Source: an uncultured Bifidobacteriaceae bacterium (lineage in GTDB: Bacteria > Actinomycetota > Acidimicrobiia > IMCC26256 > PALSA-555). Taken from it: a stretch of DNA of 64,000 nucleotides. The stretch covers positions 745-64,744 of the forward strand of contig CAZHKE010000008.1 of NCBI GenBank assembly GCA_964532485.1, written 5' to 3'. Position 1 is the first letter of the stretch; every line of letters begins with the position of its first letter. The position numbers and the translations under genes are program-made. Below the pieces are notes generated by a model. That model saw only the letters and a program-made list of their open reading frames with translations, made no database searches and was not told the origin of the DNA. This document shows positions 9,143-18,370 of this stretch, piece after piece.

Positions 9143-9165
9143 GACGAGCGACCCCCATCGTCGTC

Positions 9166-9200
9166 ATGGGCCGGGTCACGCTGTCGGTGACCCGGCCCAT
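9166..9200 (+). terminator. Perfect 14-bp intercistronic stem-loop after the binding-protein gene
   Basis: ATGGGCCGGGTCAC-gctgtcg-GTGACCCGGCCCAT between binding-protein stop (9142) and permease start (9224); no U-tract, so possibly an attenuator or mRNA-stabilising hairpin. Confidence 0.45.
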
Positions 9201-9223
9201 GCCCTAGCCGCCACGGAAGGCTC

Positions 9224-11368
9224 ATGGGTCCGTTCATCGTCACCGGGCTCGTGCTCGGCAGCATCTACGCGGTCTCGGTGCTGGGCCTCGTCCTCACGTA
9301 CAACGCGTCCCGCGTGTTCAACTTCGCGCACGGCGCGATCGCGTACTTCGCCGCGGTCACCTACTACTGGCTGACGAGGTTCGAGGGGTGGTCGGTGCCC
9401 GCGGCGGCGGTCGCGGTCATCTTCGTGGTGGGGCCGCTCGTCGGCTTGATCCTGTGGCGACTCGTCTTCCGACGTCTGACCGACTCCCCGCCGGTCGTGC
9501 GATTCGTGTCGACGGTCGGGCTCTGGGTCGCGATCCCCGCGTTCGCCAAGCTGCTCTACGGGACGACTGTCGTCGGCGGTGAGGTGCTCGCGCCGGGCTT
9601 CGGTGGCGAGCCGCCGGGTGAGTTCGACCTCCTCGGCGTGACCGTGAACTGGAACCAGGCATCGGTCGTCATCGGCGCAGCGGTCGTCGCGCTCGCGTTC
9701 GGGATCATGCTGCGCTACACGCCGTTCGGACTGTCCACGCGCGCCGCGGTCGACTCCCCGCGCGTCGCGAGCATCGCCGGCATCAATCCCCCGGTGGTCA
9801 GCGCGATCTCCTGGATGCTGGGCTGCGGGCTCGCGGCGTTGGCGGGTGTGCTGCTGAGCCCGACCCTCGGGCTCGGCGAGGTCCAGTTCACCCTGTTGCT
9901 GGTCGTGTCGTTCGCGGCGGCCGTGGTGGGTCGACTGCGGAGCCTGCCCCTTGCGTTCGCCGGCGCGCTGCTCATCGGTCTGCTCCAGGGCCTGTCGGAG
10001 AAGTACACCAACGACTGGTTCTCGGACTCGACGTCGACGTTCGCTGACACGCTCAAGACCGGCTTCAAGCCGAGCATCCCCTTCATCGTGATGCTCGCGT
10101 TCCTGCTCGCCTACCAGGGCCTGCGACGTGAGCAGTTCGAGGTCGACCTGCGCGCCGGACCCGCCGAGGCCGAGATCGTGCCCGCGACCCGGCTGACCGG
10201 ATGGCGCGCCGCGATCGGGCCACTCGCGGTCGCGGTGGCGCTGTTCTCGGTGCCGTTGTGGCTCAACGACTTCTGGGTCGGGGTCGTGAGCCAGGGTGTC
10301 GCGCTCGCGGTCCTGTTCCTCACGTTCACGGTCGTCATCGGTGAGGGCGGGATGCTGTCGCTGGCGCAGATCGCGTTGGCGGGCATCGGCGCGTTCACGG
10401 CGGCCAAGCTCGCGACCGATGCCGGGTGGCCGGTATGGCTGGCGTTGCTGGCGGGCGCGCTCTTGACCGTCCCCATCGGGCTGCTCGTCGCCGCGCTGAG
10501 CATGCGACTCGGCGACCTGTACCTCGCGCTGGCGACGCTCGCGTTCGCGCAGCTCGTGACGTACCTCCTGTTCCAGCGACAGGACTTCGACAACTTCAGC
10601 AGCGGTGTGGAGATCGCGCGACCGGAGTTCTTCGGGATCGACTTCGACGATCGGGTCAGCTTCTACCTCTTGTTGGCGACGGTGTTCTGTGTCGTCGCGC
10701 TCGTCGTCGTGAGCCTGCGCCGATCGACGTCGGGGATGGTGCTGGCCGCGATGCGCTCGAGCGAGCAGGCGTCCGCCACGATCGGGATCAGCGTCGTGCG
10801 TTCCAAGCTGATCGTCTTCGGGGTGAGCGCGTTCATCGCCGGGCTCGGTGGGGGACTGTACGCCGTCAGCTTCGGTCGGGCGACCGTGCAATCGTTCAGC
10901 GTGCTCGTCGGGATCGTGTGGCTCGCGATCGTCGTGACGTGGGGCATCCGGTCGGTGGTCGGTGCGTTGATGGCCGCGATCCTGTACGTCGTCGTCTCCC
11001 CGCCGACGAACAAGCTGAGCTTCATCCTGGTGATCATCGTGGTGTTCTTCATGATGGGGATGACGGCACGGCTGATCGGGTCGCGCGCCATCTACACGCC
11101 TCGCGGCATGGCGTTGGCGGCCCTCCTCTACATCGCGGGCATCGCCGCGATCGTGCTCGTCCTCCCGATCGACGTGAAGGAGGAGATCGATCTCGGCACG
11201 GCATGGGACTACATCCCGACTCTGCTGTTCGGTCTCGGCGCGGTGTTCCTCGCCCGCCAGCCTCGGGGCGTGCTGTTCGACGTGATGAACCGGATCCGCC
11301 TGCGCCAGCTGCGGCGTGACGCCCGTACCGCCGAGTCCGCGCCTCTCGCGCAGGAGGCTGCGCCGTGA
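9224..11368 (+). CDS. fused LivH-LivM type branched-chain amino acid ABC permease
   Basis: 714 aa. N-terminal half MGPFIVTGLVLGSIYAVSVLGLVLTY... is LivH-like. Second half (...GEGGMLSLAQIALAGIGAFTAA...) is LivM-like. Confidence 0.85.
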   Translation: MGPFIVTGLVLGSIYAVSVLGLVLTYNASRVFNFAHGAIAYFAAVTYYWLTRFEGWSVPAAAVAVIFVVGPLVGLILWRLVFRRLTDSPPVVRFVSTVGLWVAIPAFAKLLYGTTVVGGEVLAPGFGGEPPGEFDLLGVTVNWNQASVVIGAAVVALAFGIMLRYTPFGLSTRAAVDSPRVASIAGINPPVVSAISWMLGCGLAALAGVLLSPTLGLGEVQFTLLLVVSFAAAVVGRLRSLPLAFAGALLIGLLQGLSEKYTNDWFSDSTSTFADTLKTGFKPSIPFIVMLAFLLAYQGLRREQFEVDLRAGPAEAEIVPATRLTGWRAAIGPLAVAVALFSVPLWLNDFWVGVVSQGVALAVLFLTFTVVIGEGGMLSLAQIALAGIGAFTAAKLATDAGWPVWLALLAGALLTVPIGLLVAALSMRLGDLYLALATLAFAQLVTYLLFQRQDFDNFSSGVEIARPEFFGIDFDDRVSFYLLLATVFCVVALVVVSLRRSTSGMVLAAMRSSEQASATIGISVVRSKLIVFGVSAFIAGLGGGLYAVSFGRATVQSFSVLVGIVWLAIVVTWGIRSVVGALMAAILYVVVSPPTNKLSFILVIIVVFFMMGMTARLIGSRAIYTPRGMALAALLYIAGIAAIVLVLPIDVKEEIDLGTAWDYIPTLLFGLGAVFLARQPRGVLFDVMNRIRLRQLRRDARTAESAPLAQEAAP

Positions 11369-12153
11369 GCGGTCCCCTGCTCGACGCCCGCGGCATCACG
11401 GTGCAGTACGGGGGCGTCGTGGCCCTCGATGCCGTCGACTTCGCCGCGGACGAGCGCGCCGTGACCGGGCTGGTGGGCCCGAACGGCGCGGGGAAGACGA
11501 CGCTCTTCGGCGTGCTGTCGGGCCTCGTGCGACCACGATCCGGGCGCGTGCTGCTCGGCGACGTCGACATCACCGGAGCCAGCCCGCAGCGGCGCGCCCG
11601 GTCGGGCCTCGCGCGCACGTTCCAACGGCTCGAGCTCTTCGGTGAGATGACGGTGCGCGAGCACCTCGTCGTCGCGCACCGTGTTCGCGAGCGGCGCGAC
11701 CGCTGGCTGCTTCGCGACCTCGTGGGGCTCGGGAGCCGACCGACCGCCGACGAGGCTGACGTCGTCGAGAGCACGCTGTCGCTCCTCGCGCTCGACGGTG
11801 TCGCCGACCAGCCGGTCGCCCTCCTCCCCCTCGGCACGGCGCGGATCGTCGAGCTCGCCCGGGCGCTGGCAACCGAGCCACGCGTGGTGCTCCTCGACGA
11901 GCCGATGTCGGGCCTCGACGTGCAGGAGACCGGCCGGATCGCCGAGGCCCTGCGCGTCGCCCGAGACGAGCGCGGCGTCGCGTTCGTCATCGTCGAGCAC
12001 GACATCGAGCTCGTGCTCGAGCTCTCGACCCAGATCACCGTCCTCGACTTCGGGAGGGTGATCGCCCGCGGTGCACCGGAGCAGATCCGGTCGAGCGCGT
12101 CGGTGCAGGCGGCATACCTCGGGACCGACACCGCGAACGGGGGCGCGACATGA
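11365..12153 (+). CDS. ABC transporter ATP-binding protein (LivG-like)
   Basis: Walker A GPNGAGKTT; GTGA overlap with permease stop. Confidence 0.9.
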   Translation: MSGPLLDARGITVQYGGVVALDAVDFAADERAVTGLVGPNGAGKTTLFGVLSGLVRPRSGRVLLGDVDITGASPQRRARSGLARTFQRLELFGEMTVREHLVVAHRVRERRDRWLLRDLVGLGSRPTADEADVVESTLSLLALDGVADQPVALLPLGTARIVELARALATEPRVVLLDEPMSGLDVQETGRIAEALRVARDERGVAFVIVEHDIELVLELSTQITVLDFGRVIARGAPEQIRSSASVQAAYLGTDTANGGAT

Positions 12154-12887
12154 GCACGGCGACGCCACCGGTGCTCGAAGTCCCGATCCTCCAGGTGCGG
12201 GGGCTCGAGGTGCGCTACGGCGAGGCGCGGGCGCTCTTCGGCGTCGATCTCGAGGTCGCCGAGGGACAGGTCGTCGCGGTCCTGGGGCCGAACGGCGCGG
12301 GGAAGAGCTCGCTCGCCGCCGCGATCACCGGCCGGGTGGCGCCGTCGGCCGGCACCGTCCAGGTCGGCGGCGCCGACGTCACCGGGCGTGCTGCGTCGCG
12401 GATCAGTCGGCTCGGCGTCGCGTACGTACCGGAGGAGCGGGCGATCTTCCCGCACCTGTCGGTGCACGACAACCTCCGCGTCCTGCTGCGCCACGCCGTC
12501 CCGAAGAGCGAGCGCTCGATCGCGCTCGATCGGTCGTTCGAGCTGTTCCCGGTGCTCCGGGAGCGGCGGCGCCAGCAGGCCGGGACGCTCTCGGGTGGCG
12601 AGCAGCAGATGCTGAGCCTGGCTCGTGTGCTCGCCGCGCCGCCGCGCCTCCTCGTGGCCGACGAGATGTCGCTCGGCCTCGCGCCCCGCCTCGTCGAGCT
12701 CGTCTTCGAGTCGCTCGGCGCCGCCCGAGCCGAAGGCGTGACCGTGCTGCTCATCGAGCAGTACGTGGAGCGTGCACTCGAGCTCGCCGACGAGGCCGTC
12801 ATCCTGCGGCGCGGCCGCGTCGCCTGGCACGGTCCGGCGAGCGAGGCCGGCGACGAGCTGGTCGCCGGCTACCTCGGCTCGGAGTAG
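12150..12887 (+). CDS. ABC transporter ATP-binding protein (LivF-like)
   Basis: Walker A GPNGAGKSS, signature LSGGEQQML; ATGA overlap with the previous gene. Confidence 0.9.
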   Translation: MSTATPPVLEVPILQVRGLEVRYGEARALFGVDLEVAEGQVVAVLGPNGAGKSSLAAAITGRVAPSAGTVQVGGADVTGRAASRISRLGVAYVPEERAIFPHLSVHDNLRVLLRHAVPKSERSIALDRSFELFPVLRERRRQQAGTLSGGEQQMLSLARVLAAPPRLLVADEMSLGLAPRLVELVFESLGAARAEGVTVLLIEQYVERALELADEAVILRRGRVAWHGPASEAGDELVAGYLGSE

Positions 12888-12888
12888 C

Positions 12889-14514
12889 TCACCCCTCGCG
12901 GAGCCGCCGGCGGAGCACGAACTTCTGGATCTTCCCCGACGGCGTGCGTGGGAAGTCGTCGATGCCGCGGACCTCTTCGGGCCACTTCTGCTTGGCGAGC
13001 CCGGCCGCCGCGAGCTGCTCGCGCACCGCGGCGAGGTCGGGCGCGTCACCCGTGTCCGGCTGCATGCGGATGAACGCACACCCGTGCTCGCCGAGCCGCT
13101 CGTCGGGTGCGGCGACCACGGCGGCCTCGGCGACACCGGGGATGCGAACCAGCTGCTCCTCCACCTCGAGCGCGCTGATGTTCTCGCCACCGCGGATGAT
13201 GATGTCCTTCTTGCGGTCGACGATCGTCAGGTAGCCCTCTTCGTCGACCACGCCCACATCACCCGTCCCGAACCAGCCGTCGTCGTCGAAGCACTCCCGC
13301 GTGAGGCGCGGGTCGGTGTACCCGATGAAGCAGTCGGGGCCGCGGCTCCAGATCTCGCCCGGCTCCCCCGGCCCGACGACGCTCCCGTCCTCGTCGCGCA
13401 GCTCCATCTCGACGCCGAGCATCGGGACGCCGTCGGTCGTGAGGCGCTTCTCGCGCGGCGCGTCGTGCATGCAGCCGGTGATCGAGGGGTGCTCGGTCGA
13501 CCCGAAGCTGCGGACCGTCGAGATGCCGAGCCGCTCGGCGCGCTCACCGACCGCCGCCGGTACCGGTGATCCGCCGAGCCCCACACGCGCCATCTTCGCC
13601 GCGTGCGCGTCCGTGAAGTCAGGGTGGTCGAGGAGACTCGTGAGGAAGTACGTGGAACCGCTGCCGCTCGACACGTCGTCCTCGAGCATCGCCGCGAGCA
13701 CGCGTCCCGGGTCCCACACGTCGATCAGATAGAGCGACTGGCGCTTGAACACGGGGATGAGGAGCGCGGCGAGCAGGCCGATGCCGTGACCGACCGGTGC
13801 GCCGACGAGGAGCGGACGCCCGCGATTCGCGTCGAGGTTCGCGAGCTGGCGGATCTCGAAGTTGATGGTGCGGTGCGAATGCACGACGCCCTTCGGGTCG
13901 GCCGTCGTGCCGGACGTGTACGCCACGAGCGCGGGCGCGGACGGATCGGTCGGGAGGGGACCGTCGATCGGGTCTGCATCCTCGAGCTCGGTGAACGGCT
14001 GCGCCCAGCCCGGCACCGAGTCGCCGACGACCCACACGTGCTCGAGCGCGGGCGCCGACGCGCGAAGCGTCTCGAGGCTCGCGAGGTAGTCGATGTGTCC
14101 GAACCGGTCGGCCGTCACGAGGTAGCGCGCCCCCGACTGGCCCAGGATGAACTCCACCTCCTTGGGACCGTAGAAATGGACGATCGGCACCGGGATCGCG
14201 CCCAGGAACGCGATCGCCCAGAACAACGAGCCGGCTTCCGGCCAGTTCGGGATCTGGAACGCGACCGGCTCGCCCGGTCGGACGCCCGCAGCACGAAGAC
14301 CTCCGGCGACCCGGCGGGCGCGGTCGGCGGCCTCGGAGAACGTGCCCCGCCACGGCCGGACGTCGGAGCGGAACGAGACGACGCTGTCGGGTGCCTCGGC
14401 GAAGCCGGCGGCGAGGATGGTGCCGAGGGTCTCGTCGGTCCACGATCCGTCGGCGCAGTAGCGCTGCGCCCGCACGGCGTCGTCGCCCCGCGGTGTGAAC
14501 TCGTCGAGCGGCAT
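12889..14514 (-). CDS. AMP-dependent acyl-CoA synthetase
   Basis: Start at internal ATG 14514 (MPLDEFTPRGDDAVRAQRY...); YTSGTTADPKGV motif; the track ORF extension to 15171 overlaps the TetR gene antisense. Confidence 0.85.
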   Translation of the reverse strand: MPLDEFTPRGDDAVRAQRYCADGSWTDETLGTILAAGFAEAPDSVVSFRSDVRPWRGTFSEAADRARRVAGGLRAAGVRPGEPVAFQIPNWPEAGSLFWAIAFLGAIPVPIVHFYGPKEVEFILGQSGARYLVTADRFGHIDYLASLETLRASAPALEHVWVVGDSVPGWAQPFTELEDADPIDGPLPTDPSAPALVAYTSGTTADPKGVVHSHRTINFEIRQLANLDANRGRPLLVGAPVGHGIGLLAALLIPVFKRQSLYLIDVWDPGRVLAAMLEDDVSSGSGSTYFLTSLLDHPDFTDAHAAKMARVGLGGSPVPAAVGERAERLGISTVRSFGSTEHPSITGCMHDAPREKRLTTDGVPMLGVEMELRDEDGSVVGPGEPGEIWSRGPDCFIGYTDPRLTRECFDDDGWFGTGDVGVVDEEGYLTIVDRKKDIIIRGGENISALEVEEQLVRIPGVAEAAVVAAPDERLGEHGCAFIRMQPDTGDAPDLAAVREQLAAAGLAKQKWPEEVRGIDDFPRTPSGKIQKFVLRRRLREG

Positions 14515-14568
14515 CGGCCGCAACCTATCGGCCTGCGCCGGCCCCGGTGCTTGCGCACGCCGAGGTGT

Positions 14569-14583
14569 CAGAATATCGTTCTG
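14569..14583. promoter_or_regulatory. Candidate TetR operator overlapping a -10 box
   Basis: CAGAA-TATCG-TTCTG inverted repeat, AT-rich. It contains TATCGT 7 nt before the TetR ATG (leaderless layout) in the divergent gap with the ligase gene. Confidence 0.35.
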
Positions 14584-14586
14584 CTG

Positions 14587-15360
14587 ATGCGGAACACCGT
14601 TCCCACCCGTTCGGCGGTGCTCGCCGGCCCACGAGCCGCGCGCATCGACGACGAGCCGGTCGAGCAGGCTCTCGCGGCCAGGACGCTGCGCGACCGCTCC
14701 GGCGCCTACGCCGACGAGATCCGTCGGCTCCTCGATGCGACCTACGCCGTCATGCGGCGCACCGGCGACCTCGACCCCCGCGTCAGCGACATCGTGCGCG
14801 AGTCGGGACTGTCCAACCAGGCGTTCTACCGGCACTTCCGCAGCAAGGACGAGCTGCTGGTCGCGCTCCTCGCCGACGGGCAGCGCAAGCTCGTCGACAC
14901 GCTTCGTGCGCACATGGACGACGTGGCGCCCGGTGTGGCCCGCGTGCGCGCGTGGGTCGAGGTGGTGCTGGCGCAGGCCCAGCACCGGGCCGCGGCGGCG
15001 AACACGCGCCCGTTCGCCATCAACGGCCTCCGGCTGGCCGACCGTTTCCCTGCCGAGTGGAGCGCGTCGCGCGACGAGCTGCTCGCGCCGCTGCGCTCCG
15101 CGCTGGTCGAAGCGGGCGCCGACCCGGCCGATGCGCCGCTCGTGTACCACCTCGCGATGGGGACGATGCAAGAGGCGCTCGTCCGGCGTCTCGCACCGAC
15201 CGGCGAGGACGTCGCACGCGTCGTCGACACCGCGTTCGCGCTCGTGTCACGCACGCGCGGTGCTGCAGCGACCGAAGGGAGCGAGAGCACTCGCCAGCGA
15301 GCGAGCGACCCGAGGGGCGGCGGCGGGTACTCAGCCGCCGAGCGAGTGAGCGAGCAGTGA
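14587..15360 (+). CDS. TetR family transcriptional regulator
   Basis: ATG at 14587; HTH SDIVRESGLSNQAFYRHFRSKDELL. Confidence 0.9.
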   Translation: MRNTVPTRSAVLAGPRAARIDDEPVEQALAARTLRDRSGAYADEIRRLLDATYAVMRRTGDLDPRVSDIVRESGLSNQAFYRHFRSKDELLVALLADGQRKLVDTLRAHMDDVAPGVARVRAWVEVVLAQAQHRAAAANTRPFAINGLRLADRFPAEWSASRDELLAPLRSALVEAGADPADAPLVYHLAMGTMQEALVRRLAPTGEDVARVVDTAFALVSRTRGAAATEGSESTRQRASDPRGGGGYSAAERVSEQ

Positions 15361-15944
15361 CGGAGCGGGAGCTGCTGATCACGGGCATCGGCGGTCAGGG
15401 CGTGCAGCTGGCGGCGCAGGTCGTCGCCCGCGCGGCGACGCTCGAAGGGCGCGACGTCATGTTCTTCGGCGTCTACGGCGGAATGATGCGCGGTGGGCCG
15501 ACCGACAGCACCGTCGTCGTCGCCGACGGACCGATCGCGAGCCCGCCGGTCGTGTCGCGATCGTGGTCGGCGATCGCGATGCACGACGAGCACTGGGCAC
15601 CGCTGGTGCCGCGGCTGCGCGAGGGCGCGGTCGTGCTCGTGAACGAGGAGACGTTCGTCACAGCATTGGACGCGTCGCTGACCGTCCACCGGGTCGCGGC
15701 CACGGAGATCGCCGCCGAGCTCGGCAACCGGCTCGGCGGCTCCATGGTGATGGTCGGCGCCTACGCGGGCGTCACCGGCCTCGTCGGCATCGACGCCCTC
15801 GTGGACGCGATGCGCGCGTCGATCCCGTCCTACCGCGTGCAGCACGCAGACGCGAACGAGCGCGCGCTGCGCGCCGGGTGGGACCTGCTCCCTCGCGGCA
15901 CGTCACCGGCGTGGTCGCCCGACACGGTCGGCGCCGACGCATGA
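15357..15944 (+). CDS. 2-oxoacid:ferredoxin oxidoreductase gamma subunit
   Basis: GTG at 15357 (GTGA overlap with TetR stop); VTERELLITGIGGQGVQLAAQVVA... typical gamma N-terminus. Confidence 0.85.
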   Translation: MTERELLITGIGGQGVQLAAQVVARAATLEGRDVMFFGVYGGMMRGGPTDSTVVVADGPIASPPVVSRSWSAIAMHDEHWAPLVPRLREGAVVLVNEETFVTALDASLTVHRVAATEIAAELGNRLGGSMVMVGAYAGVTGLVGIDALVDAMRASIPSYRVQHADANERALRAGWDLLPRGTSPAWSPDTVGADA

Positions 15945-16225
15945 GCGGCGATCGGCCGAACGCGGCGACGGTGCGGTCACGGGGGACGGTCACGATCGCG
16001 ACCGATCGGTGCAAGGGCTGCGAGCTCTGCATCCCCGCGTGCCCACCCGACGTGCTCACGATGTCGACCGAGGTGAACCGGCTCGGGTTCCGCTATCCCG
16101 AGCTGCACCCGGGATGCACCGGGTGCGGGGCCTGCCTGCTCGTGTGCCCCGACTTCGTGTTCGACGTGTTCCGGTTCGAGCAGCCGGTCGAGCACGCCGT
16201 TGCACCGCGGGGCGGTGGGAGATGA
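15941..16225 (+). CDS. 2-oxoacid:ferredoxin oxidoreductase delta subunit (2x[4Fe-4S] ferredoxin)
   Basis: CKGCELCIPACP and CTGCGACLLVCP motifs; ATGA overlap. Confidence 0.85.
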   Translation: MSGDRPNAATVRSRGTVTIATDRCKGCELCIPACPPDVLTMSTEVNRLGFRYPELHPGCTGCGACLLVCPDFVFDVFRFEQPVEHAVAPRGGGR

Positions 16226-17364
16226 CCGAGCGGGTGCTCATGGAGGGCTCCGAGGCGCTCGTGCGCGCGTCGCTGCTCTCGGGTTGCAGGTTCTTCGCGG
16301 GCTATCCGATGACGCCGTTCACCGAGATCCTCGAGCACTTCGCCGAGCTCATGCCCGAGCACGGCGGCACGTGCATCAACGCCGAGTCGGAGCTCGAGGC
16401 GGTGGGCATGGCATGGGGCGCGGCCGCCACCGGGGCGCGCGCTGCCACCGGCTCGACCGGGCAGGGCCTGTCGCTGATGCAGGAGTCACTGTCGGAGGCG
16501 ACGCTCGCCGAGGTGCCCATCGTCGTCTTCAACATGGCCCGCAGCCAGGGTGACTACTTCCAGGCGACGCGAGGCGGGGGCCACGGTGACTACCGCAACC
16601 TCGTGCTCGCGCCCCAGGACGTGCGCGAGGGCATCGAGCTCGTGCAGCTCGCGTTCCATCTCGCCGACAAGTGGCGCAACCCGGCGCTCGTGTACGGCGA
16701 CTACCTGCTCGCGCACACCCAGGAGTCGGTGGCGGTGGAGCCCTCGGCGCTGCCGGAGCTGCCGGCGAAGGACTGGGCCGTCGACGGCTCGCGCACCGGC
16801 TCGCGCCGGTCGGGCGCGGTCACGCCGCTCGGGCTCGGCAAGCTCGGCCAGCGCGACCTCGGGCAGGAGGGCAAGGCGCAGTACATCGCGACGAAGATGC
16901 CGCTGCTCGAGCGCGAGGTGCGCGTCGAGACCGGGTTCCTCGACGACGCCGAGACGGTGATCGTGGCGTTCGGTTCGCCGGCGCGGTTCGTCAAGCACGC
17001 GATCGCTCGGCTGCGCGCCGAGGGCCACCGCATCGGGTACGTCCGTCCGATCACCCTGTGGCCCTTCCCCTACGACATCGTCCGAACAGCCGCCGCGAGC
17101 GCCCGGGCGGTCGGCTCGTTCGAGATCTCGTCGGGACAGCTCGTCGACGACGTCCGCATCGGTGCAGCCGGGCTCGCACCGGTGACGTTCATCGGCGGCG
17201 TGTCGTCCGACCACTCGGGGTTCGGGGTCGGGCGGTTGCTCGACGTCGAGGAGGTGTCGGCGCGGATCCTGGCGTTGCACGAGGGCCGCGAGCAGCCGGT
17301 CGTCCCGGGCTACGGAGAGTTCACGTACCAGCTCGCCGAGCACCAGGAGGTGGCCGCGCCATGA
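16222..17364 (+). CDS. 2-oxoacid:ferredoxin oxidoreductase alpha subunit
   Basis: MTERVLMEGSEALVRASLLSGCRFFAGYPMTPFTEI...; ATGA overlap. Confidence 0.9.
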   Translation: MTERVLMEGSEALVRASLLSGCRFFAGYPMTPFTEILEHFAELMPEHGGTCINAESELEAVGMAWGAAATGARAATGSTGQGLSLMQESLSEATLAEVPIVVFNMARSQGDYFQATRGGGHGDYRNLVLAPQDVREGIELVQLAFHLADKWRNPALVYGDYLLAHTQESVAVEPSALPELPAKDWAVDGSRTGSRRSGAVTPLGLGKLGQRDLGQEGKAQYIATKMPLLEREVRVETGFLDDAETVIVAFGSPARFVKHAIARLRAEGHRIGYVRPITLWPFPYDIVRTAAASARAVGSFEISSGQLVDDVRIGAAGLAPVTFIGGVSSDHSGFGVGRLLDVEEVSARILALHEGREQPVVPGYGEFTYQLAEHQEVAAP

Positions 17365-18281
17365 GCGATCGACCCGTGTCCGGCGGGGCGGCCGGGCCGA
17401 GCGGGGCGGCCGGCCCCGTGCTCGACACGTCGGCACCGCCGTCGCAGCCGGCGCGACTCGTCGAGGCGCACAGGCCCGAGCTGCTGCTGACCGAGGAGCA
17501 CTCGCTGTGCCCGGGATGCGGTGAACCGCTCGCGGTGCGTGTCTTCCTCGACGCCATCAGCGAGCTCGGCCTGGCATCGCAGGCGATCGCGGTCGCCGGC
17601 ATCGGCTGCTACACCATGTTCAGCGGCACCATGGACGTCGACCTGGTGCAGGCGCTGCACGGGCGCGCACCTTCGGTCGCGACGGGCGTCAAGCGGATGC
17701 TGCCCGACGCGCTCGTGTTCACGCTCCAGGGCGACGGCGACATGGTGAACGAGGGCCTGCAGGAGGTGCTGCACACCGCGGCGCGAGGTGAGCGGGTGAC
17801 GTGCATCCTGTTGAACAACGGAGTGTTCGGCGAGACCGGCGGTCACATGACGGCGACGAGCGTCATCGGGCAGCGCACGAAGAACACCCTCGATGGGCGC
17901 GACGCACGAGAGCACGGGTACCCGATCCTGATCGGCGACCTGATCTCCCGGCTGGAGGGCGCGGCGTACGTCGCCCGCGGATCCGTCCACAACGCGGGCG
18001 GCGTGGCGCGCACGAAGCGAATGTGCCGTCGCGCGTTCGAGACGCAGGCGGCCGGCGAGGGGTTCTCGTTCGTCGAGGTGCTGACGATGTGCCCGACCGG
18101 ATGGTTCGTACCGACCGCCGACGGGCCCGACGAGCTCCAGCGGACGCTCGCCGAGGTCCACGTCGTCGGAGAGCTGAAGGTCGACGGGCGCATCCGCACC
18201 ACCCAGGAGCTGCACGCCGAAAGCCTCGCGAAGCAGCGCGAGGTGGAGGCTCAGCTCGCGGCGGGTGGACTTCACGAGTAG
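17361..18281 (+). CDS. 2-oxoacid:ferredoxin oxidoreductase beta subunit (TPP-binding)
   Basis: CPGCGE...GIGCY...QGDGD...NNGVFGETGG motifs; about 35-aa Gly/Ala/Pro-rich N-terminal and coiled C-terminal extensions. Confidence 0.9.
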   Translation: MSDRPVSGGAAGPSGAAGPVLDTSAPPSQPARLVEAHRPELLLTEEHSLCPGCGEPLAVRVFLDAISELGLASQAIAVAGIGCYTMFSGTMDVDLVQALHGRAPSVATGVKRMLPDALVFTLQGDGDMVNEGLQEVLHTAARGERVTCILLNNGVFGETGGHMTATSVIGQRTKNTLDGRDAREHGYPILIGDLISRLEGAAYVARGSVHNAGGVARTKRMCRRAFETQAAGEGFSFVEVLTMCPTGWFVPTADGPDELQRTLAEVHVVGELKVDGRIRTTQELHAESLAKQREVEAQLAAGGLHE

Positions 18282-18328
18282 CGGCGAGCCGAGCCGGCGA
18301 GACGAGCTCGCGGAGCGAGCGAACGACC

Positions 18329-18351
18329 GCGGGCCGGGTACCCCGGCCCGC
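18329..18351 (+). terminator. GC-rich hairpin after the oxidoreductase operon
   Basis: GCGGGCCGGG-tac-CCCGGCCCGC, 10-bp stem, 47 nt after the beta-subunit stop; no U-tract. Confidence 0.35.
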
Positions 18352-18370
18352 AGAGAGCGAGCGAGACAAG

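Noticed and set aside
9176-10891. 571-aa ORF on the minus strand, and similar very long ORFs: 11049..13190(-), 20573..23812(+), 27739..31416(+), 54907..56646(-), 58632..60116(-).
   Set aside because: All are antisense to well-supported genes and have extreme Arg/Asp/Glu/Pro/Gly composition with no recognisable motifs. This is the typical stop-poor shadow frame of GC-rich DNA.
12889-15944. Long track ORFs 12889..15171(-), 13603..15360(+) and 14547..15944(+) taken at face value.
   Set aside because: Only the distal parts match protein families (acyl-CoA synthetase from 14514, TetR from 14587, gamma subunit from 15357). The upstream extensions overlap neighbouring genes and are low complexity.
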